Positions 18,905-28,016 of a stretch of 64,000 nt of DNA are shown here, one piece after another (position 1 is the stretch's first letter; every line of letters starts with the position of its first letter). The stretch lies in contig CAVYJB010000001.1 in the NCBI GenBank assembly GCA_963768835.1, forward strand, positions 24,420 through 88,419, given 5' to 3'. This DNA is from an uncultured bacterium (GTDB lineage Bacteria > Patescibacteriota > Minisyncoccia > UBA6257 > GWB1-50-10). Made by a program: the position numbers and the translations under genes. The notes under the pieces were generated by a model that searched no databases, was not told where the DNA came from, and saw only the letters and a program-made list of their open reading frames with translations.

Positions 18905-19345
18905 ATGACGGCGAAACACGTTGTCGCAGACGACCTGTACGGAAAGTTCTCCAAGCGGATCTGGGAACTCGACCGTCGCGTTCTCGAGGGAACCATTCCC
19001 ATCGAGGATGCGTTGGATGTGGTGCAAAGGATATTCGACGGAACGTTCCCAAAATCGCTCCCCCCGGTGCCGCTCCCCGAACTTATCTCGACGGCGCTTG
19101 CGGAAATCGTCGAGGAAAAGAAAAGAGGTTACTTCTTCCCCGACGAACGGTTCCATCACGCCGAGATCGGGCGTCGCCTCTTCTTCCGTCGCCACTGTGG
19201 CACACGCGCTCTCCAGGTGAGGTTTTACCACCTATGGACATATGACCATGGCATCAAGCAGGTCAGGCGTTCGTATGACGACATGGCGCTGTGCCCGGTC
19301 TGTGGATTCTTTTGGGACGTCCAACCGACCGCTCACAATGATTAG
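18905..19345 (+). CDS. Hypothetical protein (C-terminal CPVC)
   Basis: Own promoter TTGACT-17-TATAAC (18792-18820), SD-like AAGGGG, terminator 19381-19413. Confidence 0.6.
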   Translation: MTAKHVVADDLYGKFSKRIWELDRRVLEGTIPIEDALDVVQRIFDGTFPKSLPPVPLPELISTALAEIVEEKKRGYFFPDERFHHAEIGRRLFFRRHCGTRALQVRFYHLWTYDHGIKQVRRSYDDMALCPVCGFFWDVQPTAHND

Positions 19346-19489
19346 CGCACGCGTGCGGAAGTAGGATAGATCGCTCCACGAGCGGCATCGAACCATATCG
19401 GTGCCGCTTTTTATAGATTTGACTCGACTGGGTTGACGCTGCCGGTCCGCCGGTGGAACAAAGCCCGCATTTCCAGGCTACAAAACGCT

Positions 19490-19528
19490 CTCTCCGGTCT
19501 CCCACGATACTGCGCTCAAGGTGGCTGC
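19490..19528. repeat. 39-bp direct repeat copy 1 (tRNA-Gln 3' end plus trailer)
   Basis: CTCTCCGGTCTCCCACGATACTGCGCTCAAGGTGGCTGC identical to 20601-20639. Confidence 0.95.
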
Positions 19529-19590
19529 CGCGACTATATTCTCACTCGACCCCGAAAAGTATTGAAAAATCTACACTCGACTCTAAAAAC

Positions 19591-19615
19591 CTCGGTTCGA
19601 ATCCAGGACGGGTCA
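19591..19615 (+). repeat. tRNA T-arm/3'-end remnant (att-like)
   Basis: CTCGGTTCGAATCCAGGACGGGTCA, imperfect direct repeat of 20531-20555. Confidence 0.8.
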
Positions 19616-20119
19616 TTTATTTACCCGATAATGCAGTTGAATTTCATTATCGGTGATTTTCTTTTGCCCCACGAGCTCCAGTTTCCGCTCAAAGCCTTTG
19701 TCCTTAAAAATTGGTATTCCTCGACCGATAACGATCGGCTCAATGTCTAAGTAGATTTCGTCAACGAGATTTTCAGCCAGGAACGAGGCGTTAAGAATGC
19801 CGCCGCCAGCGACAATGACTTCCTTAAAATCTTTCAGAAGATCGAGAGCTTCCTTTGGTGAATGAGCAACCAGGTGGTTGGGAGCTAACGTTGCGAAATC
19901 TTCCCCTGAAACCGCTACGATGGTTATACCCTTCAATTCGGCAAATTCGGGTTGTTTCGTGAGAATGTGATAGGTTCTCCGCCCCACCACGACACATCCT
20001 GCCGTGCGTATTACCAAACTGTAGCTATCCCACTCTTCCTGGGAAATCCAGCTTGTGTCGTCGTCGCTTTTGGCAATCACGCCGTTTATGCTGATTGCCA
20101 TGTAGAGAATTACTTTCAT
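19613..20119 (-). CDS. Dihydrofolate reductase / RibD C-terminal family protein
   Basis: MAISINGVIA, VGRRTY, VAGGG, LVDEI.L.I.P...GRGIP.F. Confidence 0.9.
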   Translation of the reverse strand: MKVILYMAISINGVIAKSDDDTSWISQEEWDSYSLVIRTAGCVVVGRRTYHILTKQPEFAELKGITIVAVSGEDFATLAPNHLVAHSPKEALDLLKDFKEVIVAGGGILNASFLAENLVDEIYLDIEPIVIGRGIPIFKDKGFERKLELVGQKKITDNEIQLHYRVNK

Positions 20120-20126
20120 AGTGGCG

Positions 20127-20519
20127 TTATTTCAGAATCTCAGAAATCTTCTCCCGTGGAATGATGCGTACCCTCACTTTGTCCATTTTGAGGATATAAG
20201 CCTTCATGAGGCGGTGCAACCCATCCAGAATCAGCCATCGTCCTTTGTTTTCCATGATATCAATGGGGTGCCGCAGGTCCGCCTTCATGGTCCGCTCGTA
20301 TTCCTTCTGGTATTTGCTGGGGTTCTCGATAATGTCCCTGGATTTCAGGTTATAGATACCACCCTCATGCCAGTGGAAGGGGACATCGAAATGCCAGGTG
20401 AGTTCATTGATATCCATCTCAGAAACCGGTACCTCAAGGGCCCAGACCTTCCTCTCATCCCAAGAGAAATCAAACCCCACATCTTTGATGATTTTGGGAA
20501 AATCTTTCTTCAGGTTCAT
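20127..20519 (-). CDS. Hypothetical protein with ParB/Srx-like motif
   Basis: ADLRHPI...ILDGLHRL.KA matches the ParB N-terminal signature. Confidence 0.7.
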   Translation of the reverse strand: MNLKKDFPKIIKDVGFDFSWDERKVWALEVPVSEMDINELTWHFDVPFHWHEGGIYNLKSRDIIENPSKYQKEYERTMKADLRHPIDIMENKGRWLILDGLHRLMKAYILKMDKVRVRIIPREKISEILK

Positions 20520-20530
20520 GTTTCAGCTCT

Positions 20531-20576
20531 CTTAGTTCGAATCCAGAGAGGGTCACGGGTTCTGGATTCGAACCGA
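20531..20576. repeat. Head-to-head pair of tRNA T-arm remnants
   Basis: 13-bp perfect inverted repeat GTTCGAATCCAGA (20535-20547) / TCTGGATTCGAAC (20561-20573). Confidence 0.85.
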
Positions 20577-20600
20577 CGTTCAAAAATGCTGATAAACACG

Positions 20601-20639
20601 CTCTCCGGTCTCCCACGATACTGCGCTCAAGGTGGCTGC
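20601..20639. repeat. 39-bp direct repeat copy 2 overlapping the tRNA-Gln 3' end
   Basis: Identical to 19490-19528. Confidence 0.95.
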
Positions 20640-20706
20640 GGGGCCTGGATTCGAACCAAGATACCATGGTTCAGAGCCATGTGTCCTACCATTAGACGAC
20701 CCCGCA
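20633..20706 (-). tRNA. tRNA-Gln(CTG), CCA encoded
   Basis: Acceptor TGCGGGG/CCCCGCA, anticodon arm CATGG-CTCTGAA-CCATG, GGTTCGAATCC, GCCA end. Confidence 0.97.
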
Positions 20707-20761
20707 ATGTCTTCAGTCTGCCCTACCTTTGCAAAATTTTCAAATCATATATACTAGCTCC

Positions 20762-21157
20762 ATGCTTACCAAATATAAGAACCTTGACCTAGCGCTTCTC
20801 ATCGCCCGGCTCGGGCTCTCGGTGCTGTTCTTCAATGAGGGGATCACGAAGATTCTCAGTTTCGGTCAGACGTCGAAGTTCTTCGCGTCCATCGGCCTCA
20901 GCGTCGACATGCTCTACTTCATCATCGCGGTCGAACTTTTGGCTGCTGTTGTGTTTCTTATCGGTATCCTGCCTGAGTGGGGTTATGTCATCGCCATTGA
21001 AATGCTTGTCATCATCTTTAAGCTTCAGCTTCCGCATGGCATCGGCCATATCTTCGGGTTCGAGTTCACGGTCTTTGCTCTCGCGCTCGCGGTGGCACTT
21101 GCGGGCCCCGGAAAATATTCGCTTACAAGGTGGTTTGCGGGACGTTCAAAGAGTTAA
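20762..21157 (+). CDS. DoxX family membrane protein
   Basis: LIARLGL..LF...G..K, ELL, GPGKYSL. Confidence 0.88.
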   Translation: MLTKYKNLDLALLIARLGLSVLFFNEGITKILSFGQTSKFFASIGLSVDMLYFIIAVELLAAVVFLIGILPEWGYVIAIEMLVIIFKLQLPHGIGHIFGFEFTVFALALAVALAGPGKYSLTRWFAGRSKS

Positions 21158-21226
21158 TACTTTCGCTCGAGAACTAAAGGCCCCTGCACTTGTGGCGGGG
21201 GCCTTTAATGCCTTATGATGGGTGAA

Positions 21227-21979
21227 ATGGCGAAGCGAAGATCTTTCCTGCCGTGGCTCATCATAGCGCTCATCGTTGTGGGCATTGTTCTCATTCTTCG
21301 GGGAACGATTTTCCGGAAGCCCGGCTCCATGGTGGACGCGACGGGCGTAGCCTGCAACGTGGCGGGGGCGCCGTATGACCATCGGTGGCTTGCGCATCTC
21401 ACGATCATCACGGACGACATGAATGAGCCGGTGCCCTTAAACGCGGGGCTCGATACCTGTGCGCACGCAGTTCATACGGCGACGGATATCGGCATGATCC
21501 ACATCGATGCCCAGGACCAGCAGGATTACTTTCTCGGGGACTTCTTCGCGGTCATGGGAAAGCCGATTAATCGCATGGGCTACCGTGTGACGGCTACCCT
21601 GAACGGTCAGCCGTGGGCCGGGGATCCAGGAACCATCCCGCTTACCGATCAGGCTCAAATTGTCCTCACCTACACCTCGCTCTCGCGACCCGTGACCTCT
21701 TCGACGACGAGTGGGGGAGCCTCAACGAGCTACGAACTTACGTCCGGAAACAACGGGCAAACTTTCATATATCCTGTGGGGGCAACCTTCCGGGTTGTTC
21801 TGAACGGCAGCGACTATCCCAAGAAGAGTTTAGCTTGCACACCCGCCGGCATCATTGGCCCCGCTTCAGGCATTCCCGCCGTCGCCGCTCCTTTCTATGC
21901 GGCGCCGTTCAAAACGCTTGCGACCGGCACCTGCACGCTTTCCTCAGGAGGTTTCTCCGTCACCGTCAGTGTGAGGTGA
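21227..21979 (+). CDS. Membrane-anchored two-domain hypothetical protein
   Basis: N-terminal TM; H..AHL...VHT....G.IH...LGDFF domain; C-terminal Ig-like segment. Confidence 0.75.
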   Translation: MAKRRSFLPWLIIALIVVGIVLILRGTIFRKPGSMVDATGVACNVAGAPYDHRWLAHLTIITDDMNEPVPLNAGLDTCAHAVHTATDIGMIHIDAQDQQDYFLGDFFAVMGKPINRMGYRVTATLNGQPWAGDPGTIPLTDQAQIVLTYTSLSRPVTSSTTSGGASTSYELTSGNNGQTFIYPVGATFRVVLNGSDYPKKSLACTPAGIIGPASGIPAVAAPFYAAPFKTLATGTCTLSSGGFSVTVSVR

Positions 21980-22817
21980 CGGGCTTTTTCCCCTCCATCT
22001 GTGTCATTGTGAGCTTTAGCTTGCCATCCACAACGTCGGCGGCAAGGAGTTTCATTCGCTGGGGCCCGCTTTCGGTTTGCTGGAGGGTCCAAACCCCCGG
22101 TTCCGGATTCAGCGCCCGAACCATCCGATCAATCTTGGCCGCCTTTGCGCCGCCCGTCTCCTGCGCCTCCTCCAACTCTTTTTCGTCCACGAAGCCGTCC
22201 TTTCCTTCAAACTTCCGGGTTCGGGAAACCCCATTTTCATTCTGAGGATGCGCTTTCATTTTCCCCTCAAAGAGCTTCGGGAGGGTCTCCACTAGAAGCT
22301 CTCCGCCGATGTTCGCCAGCTTGTCATGCAAAGTTTCGTAGGTTTCGCGAGGGTCCACCGCACATGTGCGCGTAGCTACGATCGGTCCATGGTCCATCCC
22401 GGTATCCAAGAAATAAAGCGTGACGCCCGTCTCTGATACACCGTCTAAAAGTGCCGATTGGATGGGGGAGGAACCCCGGTATTTCGGGAGAAGGGAGGGG
22501 TGTACGCCAACGGCTCCAAGGCGCGGAATCTTGAGGATGGAGCCCGGGATTATTTTTGCATATGCCGCGACAACAAAGAGATCGGGATGAAGCTCCGACA
22601 GGGCGCCCTCGATATCGCTTAACGTTTCCGGTTGGAAGACCGGGATGCCATGCTTTTCCGCAATCATCTTCGTCGGCGGAGGCGTAATGACCTGTTTCCG
22701 CCCGACCGGCCGATCTGGATTCGCCACAAGCGCGGAAGGCTTCACATTTGCCCGTATGAGTTTCCCAAGAATCGTCCTCGCGAATTCCGGGGAACCGAAA
22801 AAAACGAAATTAGACAT
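21966..22817 (-). CDS. fmt: Methionyl-tRNA formyltransferase
   Basis: FFGSPEF, PDRPVGRK, HPSLLPKYRG, MDHGP; downstream of def. Confidence 0.96.
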   Translation of the reverse strand: MSNFVFFGSPEFARTILGKLIRANVKPSALVANPDRPVGRKQVITPPPTKMIAEKHGIPVFQPETLSDIEGALSELHPDLFVVAAYAKIIPGSILKIPRLGAVGVHPSLLPKYRGSSPIQSALLDGVSETGVTLYFLDTGMDHGPIVATRTCAVDPRETYETLHDKLANIGGELLVETLPKLFEGKMKAHPQNENGVSRTRKFEGKDGFVDEKELEEAQETGGAKAAKIDRMVRALNPEPGVWTLQQTESGPQRMKLLAADVVDGKLKLTMTQMEGKKPVTSH

Positions 22818-22819
22818 GC

Positions 22820-23332
22820 CTACGGAGTCGTTTTCTTTTGATATTTTCGAAGCTCCTTGCTGCGGTCGATGAAGAGTTTGCCGTCCAGGTGATCCACCTC
22901 GTGCTGGAACACGCGGGCCAGGAGTCCCCATGCTTTAATCTTCACTTTCTTCCCGTTCTGATCTTGACCCGCGAGAACCAGCCGATAGACCCGTTCCACC
23001 GGGCCATAGGTCTCGGGGACCGAAAGACACCCTTCCTCCAAGGTTTCCGCGCCAGGGAAAGTCTTCTCAATCTTCGGATTGAAGAGAGCATAAAACTTCG
23101 GGTTACCCTGATCGTCCGGTACCTGGGCCACAAACACCCTCCAATGAAGGCCGATCTGGTTCGCGGAGAGCCCTACCCCGTTCGCTTTGCGCATCATGGC
23201 GCGCATGTGGGCAACGAGTTCCCGGACCTCTTTCTTCGTAAACTTCCCGAAATCAAAATGCTCCGTCTTCGTACGGAGGAATTTTTCCTCTTTTTTCTCG
23301 GAAATCGTAACGATCCTATTTTCGAGCTTCAT
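22820..23332 (-). CDS. def: Peptide deformylase
   Basis: GVGLSANQIG, EGCLS, QHEVDHLDG. Confidence 0.97.
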   Translation of the reverse strand: MKLENRIVTISEKKEEKFLRTKTEHFDFGKFTKKEVRELVAHMRAMMRKANGVGLSANQIGLHWRVFVAQVPDDQGNPKFYALFNPKIEKTFPGAETLEEGCLSVPETYGPVERVYRLVLAGQDQNGKKVKIKAWGLLARVFQHEVDHLDGKLFIDRSKELRKYQKKTTP

Positions 23333-23582
23333 CGTTGGAATGGAGGAGACGCATGAAATAGGCGCCCCGATTCTTCACGCCCTTCCGTTCGGCGACCGAT
23401 TTCGCGAGCGTCATGAGCTTTCCGACACCATGTTCCTTGGCAAGCTTAATGTAAAGCGCCTTGTGCCTACGGTCTCCTAGTATCTCCGCGAGTTCGAGGC
23501 CCGCGAGCTGGTAATCACGGTAGAGGTGGCCTTCTTTCCGGCGCTCCTTCAAAAGCTTCAGATATTCCGCATCGAACGCCAT
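23316..23582 (-). CDS. Small basic hypothetical protein co-transcribed with def-fmt
   Basis: 88-aa ORF overlapping def start; ALYIKLAK...GAYFM. Confidence 0.7.
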   Translation of the reverse strand: MAFDAEYLKLLKERRKEGHLYRDYQLAGLELAEILGDRRHKALYIKLAKEHGVGKLMTLAKSVAERKGVKNRGAYFMRLLHSNDEARK

Positions 23583-23598
23583 ATCCCCATCTTATGCT

Positions 23599-24183
23599 AT
23601 GATGGAGCGGATGAAAAGGCGGCTCTTTATCGCGCTTCCATTGCAAGAAAATGTGGAAGCCGCTCTCATGCAGGAGGCGAAAACGCTTGCCCCGCGCATG
23701 CGCACCTTCGCCCGATTTCTCGCGGAGGACACTTGGCATCTCACGCTGACATTCCTTGGCGACCAAGAAGAGAGCCAGATCCCTACGATGGAACGCGCGA
23801 TGCGAGAGGCGATGGGTGCGCGACCGTCTCCCAAGGTGACCTTCGAACGTATCGCATACGGCCCGCCTCAAGGGTCGCCGCGGATGATCTGGCTTTTGAC
23901 GGACCATACAACCTCGATTGCGCTGGGAAGATTGAGAAATTCGCTCGAGAACAACCTTGAGACCCTTGGAATTCGCTGGGAACGGGATCACCGTCCCTAC
24001 CACGGCCACCTCACGCTGGCCCGGTTCCGCCCCGATGCCCAAGGTCCGTTCCCGCCCCTCGACCGCCCATTCCAGCAAGATTTCGCACCCACCTCACTTA
24101 ATCTTATGGAATCGGAGCTCCAGAGAGAGGGAGCTCTCTATACGGTCCGAGCTGCGTTGCGTTGGGCCTCCGAATCTGCTTAA
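23599..24183 (+). CDS. thpR: RNA 2',3'-cyclic phosphodiesterase (2H family)
   Basis: RLFIAL, two HLTL motifs, LMESEL...Y. Confidence 0.92.
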   Translation: MMERMKRRLFIALPLQENVEAALMQEAKTLAPRMRTFARFLAEDTWHLTLTFLGDQEESQIPTMERAMREAMGARPSPKVTFERIAYGPPQGSPRMIWLLTDHTTSIALGRLRNSLENNLETLGIRWERDHRPYHGHLTLARFRPDAQGPFPPLDRPFQQDFAPTSLNLMESELQREGALYTVRAALRWASESA

Positions 24184-25401
24184 ATGGTTGAACAGCCTAT
24201 GCCACGAAAATCTAAGGTTAAGGTCCTTCTCGTCGTTCTCGGTCTCGTTGTAGTCCTCTGCGCGGCTTTTTATGCCGGTGATCTCTTCGGTGTGGGGAGG
24301 AAATCCATAACGATTTCCGACAGTCGAAGCATCATCAATGCGGACTTCTCTCTCTTTTGGAATGCGATGCAGCTCGTGAAGGACAAATACGTCAATATTG
24401 CAGATGTGAAGGATCAGGACCTCGTTTACGGGGCCATTAAAGGCGCGGTCGGAGCCCTGGGCGATCCCTACACGACCTTCTTCCCTCCCACCGATGCTCA
24501 GAAGTTTCAAGAAGATCTCACCGGCAGTTTTGGTGGCATCGGCGCCGAGATCGGTGAAAAGAACAATCAGATCGTCATCATCGCACCCTTGAAGGGCAAC
24601 GCGGCGGAGGCGGCGGGCCTCAAGGCGGGGGATATGATCTTGAAAATCAACGATACCGTGACTACCGACATGGCCGTGGAAGATGCCGTCACGCTCATCC
24701 GGGGACCCGAGGGAAGCACGGTGACGCTTCTCATCTATCGTGATGGCTGGAAAGACCCCCAGTCGATTAAAGTCACGCGCGGCGTGGTTTCGGTCCCCAC
24801 GCTCGACTGGGAGATGAAGCCCGGGAACATCGCCGTGTTCCACCTCTACAATTTCGATGCAAATGCGGCTCAGCTCTTCTACAATGCCTCCCTCGATGCG
24901 CTTTCGAAGGGTGCGCGGGGCGTGGTTTTGGATCTTCGGAATAACCCAGGTGGGTATCTGGATGTCGCAAATGAGCTCGCGGGATGGTTCGTGAAGCGCG
25001 GGGAAGTGGTGGTCCAAGAGAAGTTCCGCTCGGGTGAAACCACAACCTTCCGCGCCACAGGGAACGAGGCATTCGTAGGCTTCCCAACCGTAGTTCTTGT
25101 GAACGGTGGCTCAGCCTCCGCGGCAGAGATTCTTGCGGGAGCGCTCCGCGACGATTCGGGTGTGAAGCTCGTAGGTGAGAAAACCTTCGGGAAGGGGAGT
25201 GTGCAGGAGCTTCAGGCACTCTCGGACGGCTCGACGCTCAAGGTTACCATCGCAAAGTGGCTTACCCCGAACGGGGATGAGATTGATAAAAAGGGGCTCG
25301 ACCCCGATGTGGTGGCGACTTCCTCGGACGCCGATGCTCTCGCGAACCGCGACCCGGTGCTCGATAAAGCGCTCCAAATGGTAGGCGCGCAGCTTCACTA
25401 A
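24184..25401 (+). CDS. C-terminal processing protease (S41, CtpA-like)
   Basis: [29 protein letters not shown]. Confidence 0.95.
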   Translation: MVEQPMPRKSKVKVLLVVLGLVVVLCAAFYAGDLFGVGRKSITISDSRSIINADFSLFWNAMQLVKDKYVNIADVKDQDLVYGAIKGAVGALGDPYTTFFPPTDAQKFQEDLTGSFGGIGAEIGEKNNQIVIIAPLKGNAAEAAGLKAGDMILKINDTVTTDMAVEDAVTLIRGPEGSTVTLLIYRDGWKDPQSIKVTRGVVSVPTLDWEMKPGNIAVFHLYNFDANAAQLFYNASLDALSKGARGVVLDLRNNPGGYLDVANELAGWFVKRGEVVVQEKFRSGETTTFRATGNEAFVGFPTVVLVNGGSASAAEILAGALRDDSGVKLVGEKTFGKGSVQELQALSDGSTLKVTIAKWLTPNGDEIDKKGLDPDVVATSSDADALANRDPVLDKALQMVGAQLH

Positions 25402-25402
25402 A

Positions 25403-25840
25403 ATGAGAGTCATTCTATTAAAAGACGTGAAAGGGTTGGGGAAACGGCTTGAGGTCCACGAAGTGAAGGACGGCTATGCGCGGAATCTTCTGTTCCCTCA
25501 GAAACTCGCAGAGCCGGCAACCTCGGCGGCTCTCGCGCGTCTTGAAGCTCTGCGCATCCAATGGGAAGCGGAACATGCACGGATTGTCGAGGAACTCACC
25601 GCAAAGGCAACGGTTGTCGGAAAGCTAATCCTTGAGTTCCCGCTTCGTGTAGGCGAGAAAGACGAGATCTTCGGCTCGGTGACCGCGAAGGATGTCATGG
25701 AAGCGCTTGCGGCGAAGGGCTATCCCAACGTCACGATAGAACTAAAACGCCCCCTGAAAAAGCTGGGCGACCAGAGCGTTACGGCGGACTTGGGAGAGGG
25801 AATTAAAACAACCCTCGCCGTGAGGGTTGTCTCGAAGTAG
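25403..25840 (+). CDS. rplI: 50S ribosomal protein L9
   Basis: [13 protein letters not shown]...[14 protein letters not shown]. Confidence 0.97.
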   Translation: MRVILLKDVKGLGKRLEVHEVKDGYARNLLFPQKLAEPATSAALARLEALRIQWEAEHARIVEELTAKATVVGKLILEFPLRVGEKDEIFGSVTAKDVMEALAAKGYPNVTIELKRPLKKLGDQSVTADLGEGIKTTLAVRVVSK

Positions 25841-25859
25841 GCCAGGAAGCTTCTCGCGG

Positions 25860-26138
25860 TTAGGCGGTGACCACGTTCACGACGGTCACCCTTTTTTTTG
25901 AGCCGTCGAAATGCGTGTGTCGCCGCTCCACGAACTTCACCGTGCCGGCCCGTCCGGCGTAGAGCGTATCATCCCCGCCCTGTCGGACGTTTTTGCCAGG
26001 ATAATACTTCGTTCCGCGCTGGCGTACAATGACCTCGCCGGGACCCACCTGGGAGCCGTCAGACCGTTTCACGCCGAGCCGCTTGGATTCGGACTCGCGC
26101 CCTAGTTTAGTTGAGCCTTTAGCTTTGGTATGCGCCAT
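25860..26138 (-). CDS. rpmA: 50S ribosomal protein L27
   Basis: [37 protein letters not shown]. Confidence 0.98.
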   Translation of the reverse strand: MAHTKAKGSTKLGRESESKRLGVKRSDGSQVGPGEVIVRQRGTKYYPGKNVRQGGDDTLYAGRAGTVKFVERRHTHFDGSKKRVTVVNVVTA

Positions 26139-26311
26139 AGTTTACTGGGTTCAGGTTCGCGATTGATGCAGGAGCATTATAGGGTGGACGCGCGAATGTG
26201 TCAACCATGTCGGGGTAATAAAGGCCTTCGAGGCACCCGATTGGTTGACCCAATCCAAGACAGGGGAGTAGAGTTATTGCAGAAACGCTGATTCACAACC
26301 GAGGAGGGGAT

Positions 26312-26545
26312 ATGCAGCATCACTGGGAGGTGTATGCGTTCACGCTGATCGCCTGCCTGCTCCTGGCATTTATTGCCGAGAAGATGGATCGGGGCCGAGA
26401 ATTTCAGTATGCGAGTGCTCTGGTCCATAAACGCCGGAGATTGGCTTTCGTGGCCGGCGTCGGGCTTGCCGCCGCTGCTATCATCGTGGAGTATTTGACC
26501 CGATTTTCTTCGGGCGAACCCCACAGGGCATCGGGGCTCTTCTAA
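26312..26545 (+). CDS. Small two-TM hypothetical protein
   Basis: GAGGAGG SD, strong terminator 26545-26590. Confidence 0.6.
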   Translation: MQHHWEVYAFTLIACLLLAFIAEKMDRGREFQYASALVHKRRRLAFVAGVGLAAAAIIVEYLTRFSSGEPHRASGLF

Positions 26546-26710
26546 AAGCGCCGTCCTTTCCCAAGCTAGGGAGGACGGCGCTTTCATTTTCTCCTGTGCA
26601 CCAGCTGGACGATGTTCGAACGATTTTAGAATCATCACCTAGTTAATTCTCTCTGCTGGACAATGCATCTCAAAAACGGATGATTTAGGGTCGGTCGGAT
26701 CGCAGAATGC

Positions 26711-27370
26711 TTAATCGTGAACCAGATGCTTCGTATACCCAAGTGCGACCAATTTATTATATGCGTCCCAAACCTCATCCGGTATTTCCTGATGAATCTG
26801 GAATCCCTTTTCCGGATAAATTCTTATTCTCTGCAAATAGCCAACCATAATATTTATAATAAAATCCTTCGATAACTTTTCATTAGGGTAGTTTTCGAAA
26901 GAGATTTGCGGTGAAGTAACGATAAGCTCTTTTCCGGGCCATACCTTTTCGAAGGTCGCATAGGAGCGCCGTTCCATATATGGATTTTGGACCAGGATTA
27001 TTCTCTTCGGGTTCAAATGGCGTTTAGCGAGAAGTTGTTTAGTAAGTTCAATATTTTCACCGGTGTTTCTGGATGTATTTTCAATGAGGATTTTATTCTC
27101 AGGAACCCCCATCGAGATCGCACGTTTTGCGAATTCCTCGGCTTCAGATGTTCGCCACTCAGCGGGAGTCAATCTGCTTCGTCCTCCGGAAAAAATGACA
27201 AGCGGAGCCAATCCTTCAAAGAATAATTGTGCTGCTCGCTCAGCAACTCTAATATCGTTACTGCCAAGGGCTAAAATGCAATCTGCTTTTTCAGGTTTTT
27301 GATGAAGGTTGTGGTAATCCCAAACGATCTTAGCTAATCGGTTAACATCGGTAGTTTGATCCATGACCAT
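26711..27370 (-). CDS. YdcF/ElyC (DUF218) family protein
   Basis: ILALGS, IFSGG, EAE, IENTSRNTGENI, PYMERR; AT-richer than flanks. Confidence 0.9.
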   Translation of the reverse strand: MVMDQTTDVNRLAKIVWDYHNLHQKPEKADCILALGSNDIRVAERAAQLFFEGLAPLVIFSGGRSRLTPAEWRTSEAEEFAKRAISMGVPENKILIENTSRNTGENIELTKQLLAKRHLNPKRIILVQNPYMERRSYATFEKVWPGKELIVTSPQISFENYPNEKLSKDFIINIMVGYLQRIRIYPEKGFQIHQEIPDEVWDAYNKLVALGYTKHLVHD

Positions 27371-27499
27371 GCTTACAATCTAGCAGATTTGAAACAAAAA
27401 CGAACGAGCGTGGTCGACCATCCTATCGCCGTAAATGAATTGATCCCTCAAGTCAGTACTCAGTCTCTTACGGCGGGGTCTAGATTCAAACTTTCGTAG

Positions 27500-27583
27500 T
27501 GCGCGGGACAGGATTTGAACCTGCATGCCCTTACGGGCGCTACCACCTCAAGGTAGTGCGTCTGCCAATTTCGCCACCCGCGC
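27500..27583 (-). tRNA. tRNA-Leu(GAG), CCA not encoded
   Basis: Acceptor GCGCGGG/CCCGCGC, CTACC-TTGAGGT-GGTAG, long variable arm, GGTTCAAATCC. Confidence 0.96.
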
Positions 27584-27679
27584 GCAACCCCCATTATATA
27601 CGAGGGAAGTTGGTTTTCAACTCAGTCTTACTTTTGATAAACCCCGATAAATCGCCTAAAATGTGGTAAGACCGCCTCT

Positions 27680-28015
27680 ATGGCAATCTTCAAACACAAG
27701 ATACTCGTCGTTCTTTTATCCATCGCTGCAGTCCTCACCCTCATTGCGTTGGGTACCATTGCCCTCAGAGTGGATCACCTTTCGACGCCGCTCATCATCC
27801 ACTTCGATGCTTACCACGGCATCGACTTCTTCGGGACCCGTGCGGATTTATGGGGCATCGGAGCCATCGGAGCCCTCGCGCTTGTTCTGAATACATTCCT
27901 GGCAGAGGCCTTTTTCTACCGAGAGCGGCTGCTCACATATGTTTTCATGGGCGCCAATGTTCTCGTATCGCTTTTTTTCCTCATCGCCGTCATCGTGATC
28001 GTATCGGTAAACTGA
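27680..28015 (+). CDS. Three-TM hypothetical membrane protein
   Basis: PLIIHF..Y.GID.FG motif between TM helices. Confidence 0.75.
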   Translation: MAIFKHKILVVLLSIAAVLTLIALGTIALRVDHLSTPLIIHFDAYHGIDFFGTRADLWGIGAIGALALVLNTFLAEAFFYRERLLTYVFMGANVLVSLFFLIAVIVIVSVN

Positions 28016-28016
28016 C

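Noticed and set aside
19490-20639. CRISPR array
   Set aside because: Only two copies of the 39-bp repeat, 1.1 kb apart and tRNA-derived; no cas genes.
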